IMG/VR virus record: IMGVR_UViG_3300044999_000022
Location: 22,835-86,834 of that record
Reading direction: 5' to 3' (one strand)
DNA length: 64,000 nucleotides
Source of the DNA: a virus
Positions 27,907-37,050 of the stretch are shown here, piece by piece. Positions within the stretch are counted from its first letter, which is position 1. Each line of letters opens with the position of its first letter. The position numbers and the translations under genes are program-made. The notes under the pieces are model-generated. The model did not search any database, was not told the DNA's origin, and saw only the letters and a list, made by a program, of their open reading frames with translations.

Positions 27907-28733
27907 GGTCCACCTGCTAGCTCGTCTAGGAATTCGATGTTGTGTTCGATGAGTTGGCGCGTCTCGGTGCTGTACTCGTAGGGCGTGGTCTGGAAGAAGT
28001 TCGCCGGCCGAGGTACGCCTTGGGAACCTAGCAGGTCATGGCCTGCTAGCGCTGCAGTAAAGGGAGCTGCCGTATCCATACTGCGCACTAGGCCTTGACA
28101 GGCCGCCAGCTCTCCCGGCCAGTCATCATTATACCCGAGCAGGTGGATGTCGAACGCCGGACCGAACTCGTTCTTGGTCCAGCTTGCGAGGTCGTACCTA
28201 GCCATCGTGTCACCGACCGTCCTGGAGAATGCCCGGCCGATCGCGATGGTGCTAACTCGAGTGTCCGGACGCACGACAGCCATGGCCGCGATGTTTGTAA
28301 CGAAGGCACGAGCTTCCTCAACTGTCTTGCCGTGGGCGACTGCGGCGATCCTGATAACTGGCGGCGGTACCGCTCGGCGTCCCTGATAGAACGCCAACCG
28401 CTTCGTCTGGTACAGCGACAGGAAGAGATCGACCATTTCGAGCGTGATGACCGGGTTGTCGAGGACGTCCGGCGCGATGACCTCTGTAGCGTGGTACCGC
28501 TCGGCTAGGTCGACCAGGGAGTTCCCAGAGACCGATTCGGCCTCCCACGCGCCGTTGTCGAGAAGGCGGATCTCGGGAGTGAGATTCACCGTACGTGACT
28601 GGCTGTAGTACTTCCGGTAGTCCGCCTGCTGGCCGTCGCGTAGGCAGCCTGCAAGCATCATCTGGTATGGACGGCCACTGCAGTACCTACTCGCGAGGCA
28701 GCCGGGAGCTATGAGCGCAACCTGAATAGGCAT
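27888..28733 (-). CDS. TGT/DpdA-like TIM-barrel protein (putative 7-deazaguanine DNA transglycosylase)
   Basis: LLDNGA, APDV, VAHG, IAIG, IHLLG, RSMDT motifs in TGT-like order; operon with folE/queD. Confidence 0.6.
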   Translation of the reverse strand: MPIQVALIAPGCLASRYCSGRPYQMMLAGCLRDGQQADYRKYYSQSRTVNLTPEIRLLDNGAWEAESVSGNSLVDLAERYHATEVIAPDVLDNPVITLEMVDLFLSLYQTKRLAFYQGRRAVPPPVIRIAAVAHGKTVEEARAFVTNIAAMAVVRPDTRVSTIAIGRAFSRTVGDTMARYDLASWTKNEFGPAFDIHLLGYNDDWPGELAACQGLVRSMDTAAPFTAALAGHDLLGSQGVPRPANFFQTTPYEYSTETRQLIEHNIEFLDELAGGPWRTNE

Positions 28734-29128
28734 AACAGAGTCGACGCCCACGTGACTGCGACGTTTGCGAGCTGCAGCAGCTCGTGCCGAAGGTTTACGC
28801 GGTCCTTGTCGTAGGTTAGACACTCGCCGACCTCACCGAACTCCTCCACGGCTGCTGCGAGACGACCGAAGTCGTCTATCTCGTTACCGTCGATTGACTT
28901 CTCGCCGTGCTTCCTCCGCATGAACTCGTGCTCGGCTCGCAGGTCGGCGTATGCGCTCTCGAGCGCGAGGTTAACGTGCTTCCTTCGGGGCAGCTCTTTA
29001 AGCGCTACTCGCTTGAGCTCTTCCCACTCGTCATTGGTAAGCACTAGTGTCGGGCCGCCGAGAACGGCTGTCAGAATGGACACGTGTCCACGCTCGTCGT
29101 GCCGTATGGACACTTCAGGCGTACTCAC
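28709..29128 (-). CDS. MazG-like nucleotide pyrophosphohydrolase
   Basis: EEFGEV...ELLQLANVA motif. Confidence 0.75.
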   Translation of the reverse strand: MSTPEVSIRHDERGHVSILTAVLGGPTLVLTNDEWEELKRVALKELPRRKHVNLALESAYADLRAEHEFMRRKHGEKSIDGNEIDDFGRLAAAVEEFGEVGECLTYDKDRVNLRHELLQLANVAVTWASTLLCLFRLRS

Positions 29129-29733
29129 ACGCCACCTCCTAGCAAGTTAAACAATTCGGTCTTGCAACCGTTGACATCGGCCTGGAAGATGCCGCGCATG
29201 GCGGACGTGATTGTTTCCGTACCATACGCTAGCGCTCCGCGTATCGTCATGCAGCTATGCTGTGCCTTCATGACGACTGCGACTCCCTTGGGATCTAGAA
29301 TGTCGTTCAGGGTATCGGCGATTGCGGACGTCAGTTCCTCCTGGTTTGTCAGCATTTTCGCTGAGGACTGGACTTGCCGAGCGAGTTTCGACAGGCCGGC
29401 GATGCGCCCGTCAGGGATGTACCCTATATGACACACCCCGCTAAACGGCGCGATGTGGTGGGCACACAGACTCGTGAACAGGATGTTCTTCTCAACAACC
29501 AACTCCTTGGAGTCTGACGTAAATGTTGTGAAGGTCCACTTCTCTTGTCCATTGGTCAGTTCCCTGACCATATCAACGAATCGCCGCGGTGTGTCTACCA
29601 TGTGAGGACTGGTCGGGTCGTATGCCTCGCCGCAGACCTTCTGCAGGAACATGTCGATAAGCACCTCAGGAGATGCTTCCCGGACTCCGAGACGCCATGG
29701 CTGCGCATTCGGGTGCTGAAAAGTATCAGTCAC
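29125..29733 (-). CDS. folE: GTP cyclohydrolase I
   Basis: TPRR, SLCAHHIAPF, GLSKLAR, QEELT, HSCMTIRG. Confidence 0.95.
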   Translation of the reverse strand: MTDTFQHPNAQPWRLGVREASPEVLIDMFLQKVCGEAYDPTSPHMVDTPRRFVDMVRELTNGQEKWTFTTFTSDSKELVVEKNILFTSLCAHHIAPFSGVCHIGYIPDGRIAGLSKLARQVQSSAKMLTNQEELTSAIADTLNDILDPKGVAVVMKAQHSCMTIRGALAYGTETITSAMRGIFQADVNGCKTELFNLLGGGV

Positions 29734-30074
29734 CTCATCGCCTCCATAACGTCTCCGACGTCGTGAGGGCCCTCGTTTACTACGCCGTACGGCGGGATGC
29801 CTGGAGTAGCCCACGCCTTCTTCCAGTTGTGCGCATCGGCATCTTGCCACCTCAAACGCGCCTGCTGGGCCTGCGACGACTGAACGACCTCGCGACTGAG
29901 GGCATACAGTCCCGCTGCCCGAATCGCCTTCGCGCGGCTTCGTGACCTGCGCCGACCGAGTGCCTCCTTCAGGTACGCTCGGTCGATCTCGGTCGGGCGC
30001 GCTGCGACAGCGCCTGCTCGCAGCTGGCGCTGGCGTCGTACGTTCTCTGCGCTCGATAGTCCGGCTTTTTTCAC
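29730..30074 (-). CDS. Basic hypothetical protein between queD and folE
   Basis: GTGA overlaps at both ends. Confidence 0.5.
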   Translation of the reverse strand: MKKAGLSSAENVRRQRQLRAGAVAARPTEIDRAYLKEALGRRRSRSRAKAIRAAGLYALSREVVQSSQAQQARLRWQDADAHNWKKAWATPGIPPYGVVNEGPHDVGDVMEAMR

Positions 30075-30580
30075 GGTATCACAGGGTCCTTCTTGATGAC
30101 GATTATGTCCTTGAGAATGGAATGGATCGCGATGTACATCCGCCGGCGGGCTTCGCTTGTGGGGGGCTCTTCTGCCAGGTCCTCCAAGGTAGCCATAACG
30201 CGATCGGAAACCGGAAGGTTTCCAGGCATCCACCATGCCCAGGTCTTCGGCGTCTCGCTAACTCCGACCGCAGTGACCTCTGGGTACATGTTGACGGCGA
30301 CCTCATAGATCGCGTGCGCCATGTTCTCTGCTGTCGGATTGCCAACGAACTGCTCTAGCTCGTTGATCAGCTCGTGGTCGAAGTTGAGATCTAGCCACTT
30401 CTTGAACTTGTCCAGCTCGCGGTAGTCCCGAACGAAGCCGACCTTGTTGAGGCCTTGTGATTCCAGGACGAGGCGTACGGTATAATTATGGCCGTGCATA
30501 CGGCTACATGGGTGGTCGTCCGGCAGTCCGTTTAGCTGATGGGCCGCGCTGAAGGTGAACTCTTTCTCTATACGATACAC
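30071..30580 (-). CDS. queD: 6-carboxy-5,6,7,8-tetrahydropterin synthase with C-terminal extension
   Basis: FSAAH, C..MHGHNY, FDH..IN, NPTAEN.A, V.ETP; AGGAG RBS before GTG 30580. Confidence 0.93.
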   Translation of the reverse strand: MYRIEKEFTFSAAHQLNGLPDDHPCSRMHGHNYTVRLVLESQGLNKVGFVRDYRELDKFKKWLDLNFDHELINELEQFVGNPTAENMAHAIYEVAVNMYPEVTAVGVSETPKTWAWWMPGNLPVSDRVMATLEDLAEEPPTSEARRRMYIAIHSILKDIIVIKKDPVIP

Positions 30581-30595
30581 GTAATGACTCCTAAA

Positions 30596-30781
30596 GTGAA
30601 GGCGGCAAGCGGGACCAGTCGCTCTCTGCTGGCAAACCCCTACCCTGCGCGCGGCCGCTCTCCAGTTACAACAGGACGTAAACTCCCGCTGACCGTGGGG
30701 GCGGCATCTGACAGGTACCGGTTTCGCCCGCTTCTTGCAGCGGTACGGTACTCTTGCTCTTACCTGCGACTTGGCCTTCAC
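30596..30781 (-). ncRNA. Structured RNA, raiA-motif-like (186 nt)
   Basis: Terminal GTGAAGGC/GCCTTCAC, AGTCGC/GCGACT, GTACCG/CGGTAC, CCGCT/AGCGG, CTGTTG/CAGCAG pairings; fills the intergenic gap. Confidence 0.6.
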
Positions 30782-30793
30782 GACTAGATAGGG

Positions 30794-31342
30794 CTAGCCC
30801 GGAAGGAGGCTAGACTCCTTCGGGGTGGACCTGGTATGGCTGCCAGCTCCGGGGCCGGTCTTGTGCGCGGTGGCCTCGTCGTACGGGCTGAAGCCGCGGA
30901 GCTGGACCCACCGCTCTTCCAGGTCCGGCCACTTGTCCTTCTGCTTCTTGTCGACGGCGCGCCGGCCCATGAGCTGCTCGCCGAGGTAGAACTCCGGCTC
31001 GGTCGGGATGTCGAGCTCCTTGCCGTCCAGGCACTCCTCGTACTTGCCGATCGCCTTCAGGATCATGATGATCGTGTACAGCGCGCCCTTCGTGCCGGCC
31101 TCCTCGTCGGCGCCCCAGAGGCACGCGTTCGTGAAGTCCTTACGGTTCGCGAACTCCTGCCACGGTCCCGGCGTGTCCTGAACCGTGAACTCGAAGGCGA
31201 GCATCGGCTTGCCGAAGTTGTTGTCCGAACCGGACTCGGTGAGCTCGACGCCCGTGATGGCGAAGTGGTACTTGCCGATCGGAAGGGGTTCCCGATCGCC
31301 GGCCTGCTTCTCCTGCTCGGAGACGTTTACGCGGATACCCAT
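30794..31342 (-). CDS. DUF669-like ssDNA-binding protein
   Basis: PLP.GKY...I..VE.......GKPML.FEF.V; in the same operon as the AAA and nuclease genes. Confidence 0.7.
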   Translation of the reverse strand: MGIRVNVSEQEKQAGDREPLPIGKYHFAITGVELTESGSDNNFGKPMLAFEFTVQDTPGPWQEFANRKDFTNACLWGADEEAGTKGALYTIIMILKAIGKYEECLDGKELDIPTEPEFYLGEQLMGRRAVDKKQKDKWPDLEERWVQLRGFSPYDEATAHKTGPGAGSHTRSTPKESSLLPG

Positions 31343-31346
31343 GCTG

Positions 31347-31646
31347 TTACTCCTTGCTTGCCTTTGCCGTTGTCTTGGGAACATAGTGCGGAGTGACTTG
31401 GATGTTGAGTGTGGTACCGTAGTGCCCGCCGGCGTGCCCGCTGGCGGTGATGTAGTACCGGTTCTCGTAGTCGGCCTGTACAGGAGTCAGATCATCTGCT
31501 CCGATGGCCGCGATCAGAAGGTCGGCAGCCTTCTTGCGAAGAGCGTCCGCGCGCGCATCGCTGGTGTCACTGTCGTGGTCCCGGCGATGCTCCAACTGGG
31601 CTACGACTTCATCGCGCGTCCCAGAGGCCGTGATGCTGAAACTCAC
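31347..31646 (-). CDS. Hypothetical protein
   Basis: GTGA coupling; SFS....G, I.ASGH pattern. Confidence 0.5.
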   Translation of the reverse strand: MSFSITASGTRDEVVAQLEHRRDHDSDTSDARADALRKKAADLLIAAIGADDLTPVQADYENRYYITASGHAGGHYGTTLNIQVTPHYVPKTTAKASKE

Positions 31647-31858
31647 GGTGCTACTCCCTTGTCTGCCGTCGTTGATGTGTTGGTCTCCATCGGGATGCCG
31701 ATATGTGTCGTACTCCCGCCGGTGATCGTTGCCGAATGCACGTCGTGCCCCGCCTTGCAGAGCTTGCCCACGAACTCGCACAACAGGTTGTCCGCATCCT
31801 CGGGGAGCCCGTTGTGATGAACGCCGTGTCCGAGAATGTGGATGTCCCAGTGTCCCAT
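31643..31858 (-). CDS. Hypothetical protein
   Basis: AAGGAGGTG RBS; G.W.I.I.G.G.HHN. Confidence 0.6.
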   Translation of the reverse strand: MGHWDIHILGHGVHHNGLPEDADNLLCEFVGKLCKAGHDVHSATITGGSTTHIGIPMETNTSTTADKGVAP

Positions 31859-31878
31859 TTTACTTCACCTCCTTCCGT

Positions 31879-32736
31879 TCATGAGATAACTATGCCCTCG
31901 TACAACTCGTCCATTGACGAGTTAACAAGGACACGCTCGAAAGCGCCTGTCCTGCTCTTGGCCACGTACCCCTCGGTCAGGCCGGTAAGCAAGCAGCGCC
32001 TCTGGTCTGTGACGATCTTGGTCTTGCCTTCCGCCTGCTTGTCCTCTAGTACGTACAGATACAGTACGTTCGAGAACATTCCGGCTGCCTGGTTCTTCAG
32101 CTTACCGGGCAGGTCAGGATACGTCCACGTGATGCCGGCGTTGTTGCGCTCCGACGCCTCGTGACACACAAAGATGAAGTTGACGGGCAGGTCGCGAAAG
32201 GCTCGAATCATGCGACGCATCTGACTGATGGACTGGCCCCACTCGCGGACACTCGGCACGTCGATGTCGACTGGACCGCCTCCCGGCCGGCCAGTCTTCT
32301 CTAGATCGACCATGATGTCACGCATGGACAGCTTCTGCGCTTCAGTGCCGGTGTCGACTACTATCGTCTTAAATGGCAGTTCGCCGCCGGAGCCTATGAC
32401 GCGCTGGCATTCCGTCCAGACGTCCACGTACTGCTGGAACTCCCGTATGTGCATTGTTACTGCCTCGGGAGCCCACCGGCGCAGGGTGTCTAGCTCTGCG
32501 GCGTCGGGAACGGTATACAGTACCGGTGACATCGCAGGAACGCGGGCCGCAGTCGCGGCTAGCGCCGTCTTGCCCGCGCCCGGCTTGCCGTAGATCATGA
32601 TCTTGGCGTGGTGCGGACGCTCGGTTACTCGTGATACTGGAAAGCCGGCAAACTCTGGAGGGTTCCAGGTTCTCGCCAAGGCTTCTATGACGGCCTCGGC
32701 CTCGGCAGCCTTCTCTAGGTCATCCGCTGTTGTCAT
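31879..32736 (-). CDS. AAA_24 / Sak4-like ATPase
   Basis: IYGKPGAGKT Walker A, TIVVDT Walker B, FVCH, AKSR. Confidence 0.85.
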   Translation of the reverse strand: MTTADDLEKAAEAEAVIEALARTWNPPEFAGFPVSRVTERPHHAKIMIYGKPGAGKTALAATAARVPAMSPVLYTVPDAAELDTLRRWAPEAVTMHIREFQQYVDVWTECQRVIGSGGELPFKTIVVDTGTEAQKLSMRDIMVDLEKTGRPGGGPVDIDVPSVREWGQSISQMRRMIRAFRDLPVNFIFVCHEASERNNAGITWTYPDLPGKLKNQAAGMFSNVLYLYVLEDKQAEGKTKIVTDQRRCLLTGLTEGYVAKSRTGAFERVLVNSSMDELYEGIVIS

Positions 32737-33926
32737 TGTCGTTGTCGTTTCCTTTCTACCTCATACCATGGAGGTGTTTGCACAAAACCTGCGCCCAGTT
32801 CACCCTGGAAGTCATGACCGGCGCGCTTGGCTAGGCACGGGCTGAGAAAGGCACATCGCCCGCAGCGCATGAGATTCGGGTGTGGACGAACGTTATCTGG
32901 GTCCATGTACAGGATCTCGTGCGTTGCCTGCATCAATTCCCGCCCGATGACGTCTATCTGAGCTGGTGTCTTGAAGATCTTGAACTGCCTGAAGTACTCT
33001 TTGCCTTCCTGCTGCAGCCAGTATAGGTAGGCGTCGTAGCGACCTTGCCTGAACCCGACCTTGTCCTTCTTGAAAGTGCGAAGGGCAGTATAGTAGTCCG
33101 TCAGCTGCAACTTGTTAACGCTGTATCCCCCGCCCTGCAGTAGCTTAGGCGGCTTCGGATAGGTCTTCCGGAACTGGTTGTAGATGGCCCCGCAGACCTG
33201 GATGTCCAATTGCCAGGCAGCCCACAGGTACATACCTAGCTGGGTATCTTGCTGCAAGTAGTCGATGTCTTCATAGGACAGTAGCTGGGCGGCGCTCTTG
33301 TGGTCAACTAGCCACAGACTACCTACCGGGTCCTCGAAGATAGCGTCGATACGGCAGCCGAAGACTACAGGCAGTCCTCTCCACTCATGGGGCGGAGCAA
33401 CTGAGACCCTGCCAGACTGGACGGCCTTTGACGCGACGATCTTCTCCAGCAGTGGCTCGTAGCGGTCCATGTACTTCTGCCAGCAGCGCATGCACCGGCA
33501 GCGCAGGTTCAGCTCTACTTGATACTCCTGCTCGACGACGATCGGTGTGAACAGCTCGAAGTCCAGACTACGAACGACGTTCACAAGCATGTTACGCCCT
33601 AGGCGGCGCCGCTCGGCATAGTCCTCAGCGTCTTGGGCGTCGAGGACGATCTTTCCTAGGCGGCCTAGGTACTCATCGATCTGAACGTTACACTCTTGCT
33701 GGAATACCTCCCAAGCGTCGTCCAACAATTGCTGCTTCGTGCGCTGGCGCCATACATGAGGATCGTAAACCTCTTTGAGCGCTAGATGCCATGCCCTACC
33801 GAACTCCAGCGGCTTTGGCGTCCTGATCGGCTCCCAGCCGTCCCGGTATTCCCAGGCCCACTCTTGCGGGCACTCATCAAGTCCACGTATCTCGGACGAG
33901 TGGATCTCGTGTACCAGCTCGTCCAC
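32733..33926 (-). CDS. PD-(D/E)XK (RecB/Cas4-like) exonuclease
   Basis: CP..W, FG.AWH, RIDA, LVDHKS, QL..Y, C..C.F...C. Confidence 0.85.
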   Translation of the reverse strand: MDELVHEIHSSEIRGLDECPQEWAWEYRDGWEPIRTPKPLEFGRAWHLALKEVYDPHVWRQRTKQQLLDDAWEVFQQECNVQIDEYLGRLGKIVLDAQDAEDYAERRRLGRNMLVNVVRSLDFELFTPIVVEQEYQVELNLRCRCMRCWQKYMDRYEPLLEKIVASKAVQSGRVSVAPPHEWRGLPVVFGCRIDAIFEDPVGSLWLVDHKSAAQLLSYEDIDYLQQDTQLGMYLWAAWQLDIQVCGAIYNQFRKTYPKPPKLLQGGGYSVNKLQLTDYYTALRTFKKDKVGFRQGRYDAYLYWLQQEGKEYFRQFKIFKTPAQIDVIGRELMQATHEILYMDPDNVRPHPNLMRCGRCAFLSPCLAKRAGHDFQGELGAGFVQTPPWYEVERKRQRQ

Positions 33927-34396
33927 TAGTGCTCCTCCGCCCAAACATTGGCGGCCTTTGTATAGCACCCTCCAGGATGACCTTGAGCGGCGTACAAGCA
34001 GTCCTTATCGTGTACCTGTACCGGCAATAGATTACGTGGACGCTTCGTCATCCCAGTTGGCGGCGGTGCTTGAATCCTGCTGCCGGTCTTGTTCGCCACC
34101 TCTCGGAGATCGGCCAGGCTGGACATTGCGTAGACGCCTTGGACGTCGTAACCGAGATGGCGCGCGAGATACCGGGCCTCTTCAATACCTTCGACCGTAT
34201 TGGTGAACACTCCGGAGGACTGGTCGTTCCTGCCGATCAGCACGCAGTAGTTCAATCCCTGGCCAGGGAGCGGCGCTAGTTCGTCCTTGTCTCCATGGGC
34301 AGGACACGCCCGCATGCTCGAGATTGCAACGCCCGGAATATTGTCAATGACGCATGTACAAGTTGGTTCGCTTGGATCGCTATCACTATCTTTCAT
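33926..34396 (-). CDS. Hypothetical protein (likely leaderless)
   Basis: ATG 6 nt downstream of TATACT. Confidence 0.55.
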   Translation of the reverse strand: MKDSDSDPSEPTCTCVIDNIPGVAISSMRACPAHGDKDELAPLPGQGLNYCVLIGRNDQSSGVFTNTVEGIEEARYLARHLGYDVQGVYAMSSLADLREVANKTGSRIQAPPPTGMTKRPRNLLPVQVHDKDCLYAAQGHPGGCYTKAANVWAEEH

Positions 34397-34402
34397 ACTA
34401 AT

Positions 34403-34433
34403 AGTATATCATTGGAAGAAGACGAATCTCGCT
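34403..34433 (-). promoter_or_regulatory. Promoter AGCGAGATTC-N13-GATATACT
   Basis: Extended -10 TGATATACT; same motif as 3750-3780. Confidence 0.65.
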
Positions 34434-34502
34434 GATATTCCACCGAAATTTCGAGGAATTTATTTGGCGGACAATCCGACGTATGCAGTGCCTAATTTTA
34501 GG

Positions 34503-34543
34503 CAAAAAGAAAGGGCCGACGCTCCTGGCTGGAGCGCCGGCCC
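34503..34543 (-). terminator. Intrinsic terminator
   Basis: GGGCCGGCGCTCC...GGAGCGTCGGCCC stem followed by TTTCTTTTT. Confidence 0.8.
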
Positions 34544-34659
34544 GTGGGTCTACTTGAACATCTGTTGGCGAAGCCGCCGCATAGGCTTGCGGTTCCGCAG
34601 CGCCTTAAGCGTGAGCCATAGCGAGCGGCGACGACGGCGATGCCACATTGATACCTCCT

Positions 34660-35253
34660 CTACTGCTCCGTGAGCGGGATCCAGAACGAGCCGGTCGGCG
34701 GGCCGCTGAAGACCCACCCAGCGTTCCAGGTCTTGCGGACCGTCAGTCCGTGCCACCAGATCTGGTAACCCCGCTGGGGGGTGCTGATGAACTCGTGGTG
34801 CTGGTTGTACATCCGGCCGACCGAGTTATGCTTGATCCCTCCGAACATGAACAGCGTCTGGGGCAGCGGCACATCGCGATTCTTCGGCACGTCCAGCAGC
34901 TCGACCGCATTGTTCGTGCCGGGAATGCCTCCGATGACGTATTGCGGGTGGGCTGCCAGCGCGATCAGGACGGTGCCCTTGAGGACAATCCCGGTCCAGA
35001 TCTGGAGCGCGTCACCAGCCGTGCAGCCGAACACGTACAGCTCGGCATGGTTGGCAGCGTTTCCGGCCGTGAGGCACTGGCCGCGTTCGCCGTTCGGATG
35101 GATCGTGCCCTCAAAGTGGTACCCCGTAACTGCATGGCGCTGTACGATAGCCGCCGGTCTTGTGAGGGCGGCGCTGGCTGGTCCCGCTGTCATGGAAATA
35201 CCTCCGATCCCGATTGCGGCTGCTACCGCGACGGCTAGCCACTTTTGTTTCAT
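34660..35253 (-). CDS. Secreted ricin-B-like (QxW) protein
   Basis: Signal peptide ending ASA; GQCL.A......L....C.....QIW. Confidence 0.6.
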   Translation of the reverse strand: MKQKWLAVAVAAAIGIGGISMTAGPASAALTRPAAIVQRHAVTGYHFEGTIHPNGERGQCLTAGNAANHAELYVFGCTAGDALQIWTGIVLKGTVLIALAAHPQYVIGGIPGTNNAVELLDVPKNRDVPLPQTLFMFGGIKHNSVGRMYNQHHEFISTPQRGYQIWWHGLTVRKTWNAGWVFSGPPTGSFWIPLTEQ

Positions 35254-35305
35254 TGATCACCCTCTCGGGCCTGAATTGCTGCAGAATTTCTACAGCGCCT
35301 ACGTG

Positions 35306-35992
35306 TTAGGGCTTCTGGTAGACCGCCATTGCCGTGTCCGTGGCGATGATCGGCCAGTCCAGCTTCGAGGGGGAGTTACCGAGGATCAGGTAGGCCCCCG
35401 AAGACATGTGCTCCGTGACCTGGGCTTCCAGCGCCATGGCGACGTCGTAAACCCAGATGGGTCGGTTGTGGAAGACGATGTCGTACGAACCGTAGCCATT
35501 GAAGAGCAGGGCATCGTTTACGACTGCCGACGCTGCAGAATCGTATTGACGTATCAGGGCCCTAGCGCTTGCGACATACTCTGGATTGATGTCGAAGCCG
35601 TCAGAGTCGAGGCCGAAGACCTTATCGACCATAACTAGCTTCGTGCCGACGCCGCAGCCGACTTCAAGAAGGGAAGTCGGCTGGCCCATGTAGTTCGTCT
35701 GTGTGTGTAGTAGCACAGCATTGACCAGGTAGCCGAAACGGCTCAGCGGGTGTGGCTTGAAGTTCCAGTGATCACCGGTTTTGCTGTTGTCGATCGACAC
35801 GGCCTCCAGGCCGACCAGTTCGTTGATCAGGTTGCGAACGCTCTGGTCCGCCCACGAGAAGTCGAACCCTGCGACGTCGTGGTCGAGGTCCGCTTCTCCT
35901 ACCAGCTTCGGCGCCTCGTCGGTCATCGTTCCTCCGTATGTGTTTTGTATGTAACGAACTACGTCCGTATAGCTGAACAGTGAGTCGCTCAC
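35306..35992 (-). CDS. Class I SAM-dependent methyltransferase (alternative start 35926)
   Basis: LLEVGCGVG, GFDIN, DA, YDIVF.NRP. Confidence 0.8.
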   Translation of the reverse strand: MSDSLFSYTDVVRYIQNTYGGTMTDEAPKLVGEADLDHDVAGFDFSWADQSVRNLINELVGLEAVSIDNSKTGDHWNFKPHPLSRFGYLVNAVLLHTQTNYMGQPTSLLEVGCGVGTKLVMVDKVFGLDSDGFDINPEYVASARALIRQYDSAASAVVNDALLFNGYGSYDIVFHNRPIWVYDVAMALEAQVTEHMSSGAYLILGNSPSKLDWPIIATDTAMAVYQKP

Positions 35993-37050
35993 GACTGCTG
36001 TGCCCGTGCTTGCTGGACTTGCTTGGCGACCTTCTCGATTGCCAAGATTGCGTTAAATGCCAACTTGAGATCGGTTATGAGACCGGCGCGCTTGTCTGCG
36101 TCCTTTGCGTACGGGAGTACTCCGCGCCGAACTAGGTAGTCGAAGTACCCATCAGGATCGTCCAGGATGAATGCGAGCGCGTGAACGGCAGGCGCCAGTG
36201 CTGTATGCCCGATGTCGGCCGGCCCCGGATCGACAGGAGCCTTTCCCAGGAGGACCTGCTCTACGGGTTCGAAGTCGACGCTCACGACTGTCCATTCACG
36301 CGTATCTGCAGCGCAGCCGACTCGAGCGTCTCCGCTGTCGTGCTGGCGTCGGTTGACGTACTCAGCAGGCGAAGACGGCCGTGAGGGCATACGGCGATAA
36401 GGATCACGCCAACAACCTCATCCTCTGAGACGTGGACGATCTCCGCTACCTTGGCAATAATTTCTCCGACGGTCTGGCTCATGGTCCCTCAATCAGCGTC
36501 AATCCGAGTGGGAGCTTCCTTCTGTGGCGGACGATTTCGTATCTGGCCGTGCCTAGTCCATAGTGCCACTGCAGGGCAATGCCGCCGTTGACCTTATCTC
36601 CATTGTAGTATACGTGCCAGTAGTAACCGAACTCGCACTCAGTGATCTCGATCCGGTACCGGTGGACGCTCTGGGACGAGGTCTCGATTGAGGTACTGCT
36701 GGTCGGTGAAGTGTTGGCAGTCACAGTGAGTGCCCCCGGGACATTGTGCGTGCTGGCGGTTCGCCTCTTCGACGTCTCCCGCCGCGAATGCCTTGCCCGC
36801 AGCCTTACAGGGATCGCACGTCACGGATGGGCCCTCACCTCGTCCAGGAGTGCCTGGTACTCGCGATGCGCCGCCCGCTTGGTAGCGGCTCGTTCGTTGT
36901 TGTCGTCTCCATGCAGTTCTGACTCGTCGACCACATAGCCATTCACGATTTCATACGCCTTGAGCGTGTGCGGCTTCTCGTCCCAGTACCACTTGCGATA
37001 CCTCGTGCGAAGGACGATCTCACCAAGAGGCTTTTCAGTTTTGGACATTA

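Noticed and set aside
30581-30781. 67-aa N-terminal extension of QueD
   Set aside because: QueD homology starts at GTG 30580 with its own RBS; upstream sequence is better explained as structured RNA
30596-30781. Known preQ1 riboswitch
   Set aside because: Much longer, and lacks the recognisable preQ1-I AGGUUC...A-rich tail pattern
32733-33926. Cas4 as part of a CRISPR system
   Set aside because: Context is the usual phage nuclease + AAA_24 + DUF669 recombination module; no array
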